Shown here piece after piece: positions 54,510 to 64,000 of a stretch of 64,000 nucleotides of DNA. A program made the position numbers and the translations under genes. Source of the stretch: Octopus vulgaris (lineage: Eukaryota); NCBI GenBank assembly GCA_951406725.2, contig OX597834.1:2790001-2854000 (forward strand), read 5' to 3'. A model generated the notes under the pieces. It saw only the letters and a program-made list of their open reading frames with translations, was not told the origin of the DNA and did not search any database. Positions within the stretch are counted from its first letter, which is position 1. The number at the start of each line of letters is the position of its first letter.

Positions 54510-54739
54510 TGTATGTATGTATGTATGTATGTATGTATGTATGTATAAGCATGCGTCCATACATATATAGTTATCTAAACTATGATTTTGTAATATAGAT
54601 TCAGTTTTATTTTCATTCTAAAAAGTAAACAAAACGTCTGCATCACAGATTTTGTCTCTCTGTGGACAGAAAATTATCGGTTTCATCTCTTCTACCGTTC
54701 CCTGACACTCATCAGGGAATCCTATTCTCATTCTGTCTA

Positions 54740-55050
54740 CAGGAAACATGGTGTATCTTTACTTACTGGGTTCTGAAGGAGAGACAGTGCCCATAGTCTT
54801 TGTGGGGTCACTTGGACTGTTGAGACGGAGGTGAGTAATGTTTTTCTCGTACATTTGTAAGTCAACACCTGCAGGAAAGACACGAACAGATGGCGGGAGT
54901 GGGGAGATTCAGAGGGGTGATGGTTGGGGAAGAAGGGCCAGGCGCTATGGTTAGTGAGGGTCTTTGGAATCAAAGACGGGAAGAGGGGATGCAGGCTGAC
55001 AGAGCGAAAGACAATGTTGATATGAAATAAGTCTGATTGAAGGAGCAGAA
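54740..55050 (-). mobile_element. Decayed LINE (CR1/L2-group) 3' end
   Basis: Frameshifted HP...IPKTLTNHSAWPFFP...VFPAGVDLQMYEKNI resembles the ORF2 terminus HP..V.IP...T.....FFPRT...VFP...DLQ.FK.NI. Confidence 0.55.
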
Positions 55051-55151
55051 GCCATTACAGTAGCGTGTGTATGGTTGTGTGTGCGTGTTTATACACATAT
55101 ATCATTAGACAAACACATACATATATTTACATAGGTGTGTGTGCATATATA

Positions 55152-55457
55152 CTCTTTTACTCTTTTACTCTTTTACTTGTTTCAGTCATTTGACTGTGGC
55201 CATGCTGGAGCACCGCCTTTAGTCGAGCATATCGGGACTTATTCTATGTAAGCCCAGTACTTATTCGAACCGCTAAGTGACATAAACACACAAGCATCGG
55301 TTGTCAAGCAATGCTAGGGGGACAAACACAGACACACAAACATATACACACACATACATATATATATACATATATACGACAGGCTTCTTTCAGTTTCCGT
55401 CAACCAAATCCATGTGGTTGGTTAGCAAGCTACTTACCACACAGCCACTCCTGCGCC

Positions 55458-55458
<1 letters not shown>
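55152..55458 (-). mobile_element. SINE family B with internal deletions
   Basis: (ctcttta)n tail, gtcatttgactgtggccatgctggagcacc, cagccactcctgcgcc. Confidence 0.9.
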
Positions 55459-55510
<52 letters not shown>

Positions 55511-55668
55511 ATATATATATATATATGTATGTATATTATACATATATATATATTATACCCTTGTGTGCGTGTATGCTTACACGTATTTATGCTTATATTT
55601 ATTATATATATTTATATATGTACGTACCTATCTATCTATATACATATATATTCACACACATGTATACA

Positions 55669-55732
<64 letters not shown>

Positions 55733-56034
55733 TATGTATCTATTGTATGTATGTGAAGGGGAAATAGTTTTCCGAGCGTTTACAGCAGACTTCCGGTAAA
55801 GGCCATCATCCTCTCTGAACCAACACTTTCTGATTTCCATTTCCTTTTCACCCCCGTTCCTCACCCCCTCCTTCCTCTCTCTCCCTACCTCTCTCTGATA
55901 CCTTCATTCCTTCATAACCATCACACTTCTTCTCTTCCTCCCTCTCTCTCTCCTTCTTTGTCATTATCTAGCCAGCAGATCCATATATATCGGCTTCTCC
56001 ACTAAAGAATCAGTGAATCTCAACTAGTGGCGGT

Positions 56035-56067
<33 letters not shown>

Positions 56068-56197
56068 TGTGGTGGCGGTGGAGAATCCAACACAATCGGC
56101 CATCTTACAAACGTAACACTCTCAAACACTCGTAATGGATCGAATTGTTGGCAAACAATAAGTAATGACGTCTACCAAAATCACTGTATATGCTGCC

Positions 56198-56244
<47 letters not shown>

Positions 56245-56262
56245 TACACATATGTATATATG

Positions 56263-56310
<48 letters not shown>

Positions 56311-56341
56311 TATTCATATATACATATGTGTATATAAGGTA

Positions 56342-56372
<31 letters not shown>

Positions 56373-56452
56373 TATATATATATGTGTGTGTGTGTGTATT
56401 TTTTATCTAGTTTCAGCTCACGAGCTGTGGCCATGCTGGGGCACCGCCATTA

Positions 56453-56489
<37 letters not shown>

Positions 56490-56518
56490 CATATATATAT
56501 ATATATATATATACACAA

Positions 56519-56554
<36 letters not shown>

Positions 56555-56868
56555 GTCTGCTTATGTATATTTGTGTTCATATATATATATTATATATATT
56601 TACATATACATGCATGCATATATATATACATCTAATTATTTACACATACATATTTGATTCTTTGAACCTGTATTCTAATTACACACACACATAGACACAT
56701 GTGTATATATACGTGCACACGCACACGTACACATACACACACTCATATATAGATATATATTTCCCTCATATCTGATCAACGGCCCAAAACAAATATTTAA
56801 ATAACCATCAATGCATGAGGACCGCCGTTGGTGGGGGGGGGGGGAAGAAAGAAGATGCCTAGCGGTCA

Positions 56869-56906
<38 letters not shown>

Positions 56907-57373
56907 GGTAAGAGAGATAGTGGGAGAGACAGACAGACAGACAGACAGAGGTTGGGTGAAAGAGAAAGAGAAGAAGAAAGTGAAGCATGTCTTTGCCTGA
57001 TCTGAAATACTGCGACGAGAAACGGCTGACAATCTACCAATCTACCGATATTCCAATATGTCTGCAACAGTTGATGATCTTTTGTTGAGAGGCAGACAGA
57101 TCGGTGGAGGAACAGGAACGAAGTGATTTCCGGTGTTCGATGCTGGAGAAAAACCAATCAGGTCATTGACAGAGTGTTTGGTATGAAAAGACAACAGTTT
57201 CTCTGTGGTTAGCAAAGGATAAACAAACATACCATTGGACTGGTTTCATGGCAATAATCTTTGCGCAGATGTAATTAGGATCAATTTCGCTATTATACGG
57301 GCATGACACATAGACGTGTGTGTGTGTGTGTCTGTACAGTACATATGTATGTGTGTATATATATGCATATATA

Positions 57374-57409
<36 letters not shown>

Positions 57410-57466
57410 TATATATACATATATACATACGAATACATACACCCCCACATAATATATATATATACA

Positions 57467-57526
<60 letters not shown>

Positions 57527-57539
57527 TAGATATCGATAC

Positions 57540-57578
<39 letters not shown>

Positions 57579-58614
57579 CACAGATAGACTTATAAGTATA
57601 ATATTGATAAATAGAATGATCATGTTTGTTTGTTTGTGTGTGTGTGTGTGTGTGTGGAGAGAGAGAGAGAGGGGGGGGGAGAGAGAGAAAGAGAGAAATG
57701 AGTAGATAGATGTACAAATAGACAAGCAGGCAGAAAGACAGACTGATTGATTGATTGATTGAGTGAGTGAGTGATTAACAGATTGACAGATCGATAGAAC
57801 AAACACATTGGGTTATACGAGAACATTTGAAATTTAGATATTTACTCTTAATTATTGGGAAGATGTGAAAGAACCAGTGGAACTATTCAGGGATTCTTAG
57901 AACTGCTAAATGCTTCGGACTAGCAAAGAAAAGTTCTTCGACATACAAGACGGAATAAAATTCGGTCAGATCAGTAGGCTGTCGAGGTGGACTTAGAAAT
58001 AAAATCATGTTTGGAAACATGGAATGTAAATCGAAGGGAAACAAATTCTGGTGCCCCTATAGCGAATTCCATAAGTAAATGAATCTAAGAAATATAACTT
58101 ATGCGTCGCTGAAAAGTAGCAACTTCTTTTTAGAATCAAAAATTCCACCGTACTATCTAAGTCCAGATCCGAAATTTTCAGAAAATGCAGGCATATGGAC
58201 AAATTTCTTTTAGTGAACAGGAGGACACAACCCTCTCCTGATTGAGCAGCTGTCTCGCACACTTTGGACTCCTCTCCGTTGATTTTTTTCTACGACAACA
58301 AGTTTAATGATGACTTCTACGAACAACTCTAATTTTCTTTCTTTTCTTTCCTTTCTGTTTGCGTTTTTATTCACTCTTTGTTTTCTCATTCACTTTTTGC
58401 ATTAAGCTTCTCGTTTTTTTTTTGCCGTGGTTTCTCATGTACCAGCGTCGTGATTTTCAAACAGAGCAAACCATGTGCTCAGAACCTCAATATTGCTTGG
58501 AGACACAGGGCACGTTATAAAAACCCTGCCTAACCACGTGTCTTAAATACAAGAAACTATTAGATCTTGTTTTAACACAGTGTACATTAAATCATAGATA
58601 AATAGATAGATATT

Positions 58615-58810
58615 ATCTCTTATATAAAATCCGTTCCGTGTATGTGTGTGTGTGTTTTCTATGATCTCGGGCATCCTCCATCCAATTGCGCTCAAATTTG
58701 ATATGTAGATACCGACGGTATCAGGGCGTGTATAAGCCTTGACAAAATTACAAAAATCGATTTCAGGTGAGAATGCGATCGATAAAGCCATGGGAAATCG
58801 TTATTCTTTG
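58615..58810 (+). mobile_element. Possible non-autonomous Helitron-like 5' fragment
   Basis: Starts tctctatataaaa, then a (GT)n tract, then ccaattgcgctcaaatttg. Confidence 0.4.
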
Positions 58811-59096
58811 GAATAGAAAGAAAGTCTATCGTTATTTTTTCTTTTGCTGGTGTCTCGAATTTAGGTTAAATCAGTGTTTCTCAAAGGGGAGGCCTATGGG
58901 ACGGCCATTATTTCGCGTCGTCAGCAGTGCCTGCATCTGAACGGACGTCAATTGGAAAATAGTTGTTGACAAAAAAATAAAATAATGTCTGTAGATATGT
59001 GTGTGTGTGCGTGTGTGTGTGTGTATACATGAATATGTATATATGTATAAATATAATATGTATATATATGTATGTGTATATATATGTATATATATG

Positions 59097-59157
<61 letters not shown>

Positions 59158-59243
59158 TGCTGTTTCCTGATAGTAAGATCAACAAAAAAGTACTCGATCT
59201 GGTGAGAGATAAATGTTATTTAATAAACGACATATGATTTTAT

Positions 59244-59327
59244 GTACTACTATTAGTTTCATGCGACGAGAGCATCCCAGACAGTATGTTTTAACACGTC
59301 TGGGGTCTCACCGCAATCTTCAGGCAC
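59244..59327 (-). ncRNA. Type I hammerhead, long stem II
   Basis: GTGC-CTGAAGA-[TGCG..GAG..CCCAGAC/GTCTGGG..CTC..CGCA]-GAAAC-TAATA-GTA-GTAC. Confidence 0.7.
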
Positions 59328-60673
59328 TGCTCTGCCTTCGAATGTGTTGACAAAACACTTGATTCAGTGATGAGGTGGGGACTAGCTTTGAGATACCGAC
59401 TTTCGACATAATTCAGTTTCTTTAGTCAACGCTATCTCGGATCTCTGAATCTCAACAAGGTTAGTGGTTGTTGATTGTAGAATTAAGCAAACAGCTCTGC
59501 TGGCACGCGCTAAGAATGAATATACACTTTATCGGTTTGAATTTTGCTGTTTTACATGCTGATAACAATTTATTGTTTTGGAAGATAACGATTCACTTCA
59601 TTTAATAGCTTATTACCTGAATTGCGACGAGAACGACAACAATTGTTTCGGGTGAAGAGACTCATTGGTATCGAAACATCGGTGTCTCAAAGTATATATC
59701 AATGATTCGAGTTTGTTCTGAACAAACATCGTCTGAAGAGAGAATTTATACTTCGAAGGCGAAGTGTTACAGCGAGTACCATATATACGCTCGAATTTGC
59801 AAGGACGCATTACGAATAAATAGATATCCCTACGGTTTTTTTTACAAAATAGTTATACTAAAGTAATAAATATATAATAATTAATATTTTCACTCATATA
59901 GGATTTTTCAACATTGGTATTTATATTTCAACAATGTTTCTACAAATGACGACACGGTTATAGATACAAATTATAATATCGATTTTAGAATACCCTTGAG
60001 TTTTCAATATATATAAAAAAATAATGTCTGTTTGGAAATAACAGCGCCATGTTTGTCTCGTCTAATCACTGATCGAAATCGTTTGTTTATTGAAACAATA
60101 ACATCATTCGATTAGTTGAATTTTATAAACAAATTTAACAATCTATCAATAAATCTTTTTAACATAGCAACCCTGATTTGCTTTCTTTTTCCCATTACAC
60201 GAACGCATTATTCCTCTCTTATTCCTCCCTTATCTTCCTCCTTTTCCTTCTATCCTACCTCTTCCCGCCACCATATCATCTCCTTTTCTAGTCTCTCCTC
60301 TCACCACAACCCTGTTTTTTTTCTCCTCGAGCTTCCCCTCTGTCTTCGACTGCAAACTTTTATTCTTTTGTCTAACATCTTTTTATTGATATTTTCTTTC
60401 TTTGTTTTTGGATATTAAATACAATGACAGAATCATTTTTTCTTCTTTTTTAAATATTTCTGATGATCTACAACAGAGGGAAATGAGCCTATACATATGT
60501 ATATATATATGTATGTATATATGTGTGTGTATATGCGTGTGCATGTGTGGATCGGTGGGGGCTGCACAAATGACTTGGGTGCATCGAACAAAATACTTTG
60601 TATTTAGTCAATTTACCACATATATTGATGTAATGTGTTTATATATATATATATGTGTGTGTATATATATATA

Positions 60674-60704
<31 letters not shown>

Positions 60705-61077
60705 GTCTTTATATATATATGTGTGCGTGTATGTGTGTATATATATGTGTTTACATATACATACATGCACATAAGTCTATGTATATATTTCAAGTATCAG
60801 AATATACCCTCACACACACAAAAACACATACACACTCTCTTTCCAATACATCTCATATACAAACACACACATACACACACTCATACACACATGCACATAA
60901 CCGCTTCACAAAACTACGGAATACTTAAGAAATTTAATTTTTTTATAGGCGTCTAAACTGCGTATATAAATATATGTAATTATTTATCGCCTTTGCGATA
61001 TATACGTGTGCATGTATGTATGTATGTATGTACATATGTATGAATGTATGTCTCTACATACATATATGCATATATAG

Positions 61078-61112
<35 letters not shown>

Positions 61113-61574
61113 GGCGTTTGGGTATGTGCGTATATGAACATATTCTCTGTCTCAGAGAAATGGTATGTTGTTCCTGAAATACATTTAGAATGTCAAATGT
61201 CGAGCTTGATGTGAAATGTTACACCAACTTTAATAATGGAATCATTAACATATGAATAAACCCATTAAACAAACCACACATTCATATATAGACACATACG
61301 CATATACATATGTAGCTGTAGATATAGCTATACATATATACACACGTATGTATATTTGTGTCATTGGCCGTGAATAATTATATTTATAGTCGCAAATATT
61401 AGTATAAATAGCTTTCTAAAGCTACGTTATTTGTTTACACACAAAACACAAACACACACACTCACACACATAAAGATATATACATGCAATTATACGAATA
61501 TATATCTGTACATATATACATATATGTGTTTGTATGTGTGTGTGTGCGTGTATCTATTTATCTATCTATCTCTT

Positions 61575-61677
<103 letters not shown>

Positions 61678-61848
61678 GTATGTACACACACACAGACAGA
61701 TAGAAGGAGACAGACATATGTCTATATATACCCACTTAATGTTTTAAAATCAAATCAAGTTGATCGATTTTAGTAAATTGTTCGTCGCCTGATAGGAAAC
61801 TAGAAATACATACATACATGTATGTATGTCTACACGTATGTATCTATG

Positions 61849-61903
<55 letters not shown>

Positions 61904-62040
61904 GCACACAGACGCGTACACACATGTATGTGTATATACGTATGTAAATATTTACACCACACACACAGACACACATACATATATATATATAGTGAGAGAG
62001 AGATAGAGAGGGGGAGATACTGGCAGATAGACAGACAGAC

Positions 62041-62156
<116 letters not shown>

Positions 62157-62657
62157 TGATAGATAGATAAGGAACTTCTTTGGGTTGTGTTTTATATCTT
62201 TTTATATGGAAGGAAGGAATTTTATATGGAATGGAAGGAAGTTGATCTTCCTTTAAATGTTTCAGGGATTAGAATCCTCGTCGTCGGTTCGTCTTGCGAA
62301 CCCGAGGAATGATTTCACTTCCTGGACGAATATTTGGACCTTTAAATGCTGGTGGCGAATGTAGCTAACAAGGCCGATCGTCGTGTAGAACACACGATTT
62401 CATGAGCCACATATGAAATCTTATTATTATAGCCATGAGCGAACAAAACCATTGGCCAAATACGAATAAGCAAAAAAAAAAAGGTATATTTATTAACACA
62501 TTACAATCCAGGAGTCAGGATATCAAAATAATGCGTTCGCCAATCAAATATAAGGCATTAGGTCGCTATTCAAAAAGTTATAACGGATCGCTTGTCTAAA
62601 ACAATCATTCAAATTTATACGTTAAATCATTATTCCAATGAAAATATATCACGTGTC

Positions 62658-63292
62658 TATAACAACCATTCATAGAAAGTATGGTTTTGATCAAGTATAA
62701 CATTGATCAACAACTGTTGTAAAGGCCCCAAACGATAAACCTCCATTTTGATGCTTGCCTGTAAAGTGAGTTCTTATCGAAGAAGTCTTATATTGGAAAA
62801 TCATGAAATTATGAAACCGGCTAAGTTCACCTAAATAAATCATTTGAAACACTCCAAACGCACTTCAACTTGATTTCTTTATACAAATATGTATGTATAA
62901 ATATGTGTGAGTATGTGCATGCGTGTATATAGACATCGTTTGATGGGTATATGCATGTGTGTGTATGTATATATATAAGTATGTATATGTATGTAAGTAT
63001 GTATATGTATGTAAGTATGTATATAAGAATGTATGGAGGGAGGATGGGTGGAAGGGTTCTTGTAAGAATGTTTATATGCATCAGTTTTTGTCTCTATTTA
63101 GGGGACAGCTTCTGCTTCAAATTTGCGAAAGACACGACTGTGTTTATGCGTAATCGCTTCATATTTATGATTTTTCATATTTCCTTACGAGTGTTTTATT
63201 TGAAACATCAGCATTCCTAAATCCATTAGTGCTTTAAAGACACGTGACCTCGGTGTTATTATTTATTTTCAGAACTTACATACATACATACA

Positions 63293-63331
<39 letters not shown>

Positions 63332-63383
63332 CTGTTGATCAATGTTATACTTGATCAAAACCATACTTTCTATGAATGGTTGT

Positions 63384-63387
<4 letters not shown>
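62658..63387. repeat. Exact 55-bp inverted duplication (62658-62712 and 63333-63387)
   Basis: Base-by-base reverse-complement identity; the second copy is embedded in (TA)n. Confidence 0.95.
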
Positions 63388-63437
<50 letters not shown>

Positions 63438-63500
63438 TGTATGTATGTATGTATGTATGTATGTATGTATGAAGTTATGTATGTATACGCAATATATATA

Positions 63501-63536
<36 letters not shown>

Positions 63537-63637
63537 TGTATGTATGTATGTATGTATGAAGTTATGTATGTATACGCAATATATATATATATATGTATGC
63601 ATGTATGTATGTATGTATGAAGGTATGTATGTATACG

Positions 63638-63723
<86 letters not shown>

Positions 63724-64000
63724 CACCTTTTATCAATTCAAAATGAAACAATTAAATTACACCATCTAAAAAATTACATATAATAGAAAAATTGAAATTA
63801 AAATAACAATAAAATGTCAAAGATTAAGTAAATTGCAAAAAATAATAATAAAAACGTATATAATAGGTAGAAAATTAGACGCTTATCATATTGATACAAT
63901 TAAAATCTAGATAGATTAACAGAATCGTTGAACTTAGTAATTTAGTTTGTTTATCAATATTATTAGTTAGATCTTGCTATTATTTTGACTTTGATTGTTG

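Noticed and set aside
54743-54830. Plus-strand exon (ttctgtctacAG ... GAG|GTGAGT, one open frame)
   Set aside because: It lies antisense within a decayed LINE 3' end and the peptide is unrecognisable; at most a cryptic exon.
56027-56082. Poly-Gly coding exon
   Set aside because: In-frame TGA just upstream and no acceptor; a simple trinucleotide repeat.

Overview
Eukaryotic, AT-rich, extremely microsatellite-dense DNA ((TA)n, (TG)n, (TATG)n, (TAGA)n). It looks like an intron or intergenic stretch of a coleoid cephalopod, probably Octopus; this is inferred from the repeat families and not verified. No host protein-coding exon can be supported, and nearly all listed ORFs are microsatellite artefacts. 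The only long real ORF belongs to an intact-looking CR1-group LINE (33708-37552, +): a 5'-truncated ORF1 with two CCCH zinc fingers and a 1005-aa APE-RT ORF2, embedded in (TATG)n. The rest is three tRNA-derived SINE families, a decayed relative of the same LINE, an RTE 5' UTR, Tc1/mariner (incl. DD37D/maT) remnants and a Penelope GIY-YIG remnant. Main hunt results: (1) about 15 minimal type I hammerhead-ribozyme motifs in short Penelope-pLTR/retrozyme-like elements, usually inserted in (TA)n and often arranged as inverted repeats. Several have intact cores with unusually long stem II, and some have variant cores, including a compensatory U3:A8 pair. (2) A textbook recursive-splice (ratchet) site on the minus strand at 29047/29048, with a short cryptic exon. 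(3) A 55-bp exact inverted templated insertion inside a (TA)n tract. All folds and alignments were made by eye.
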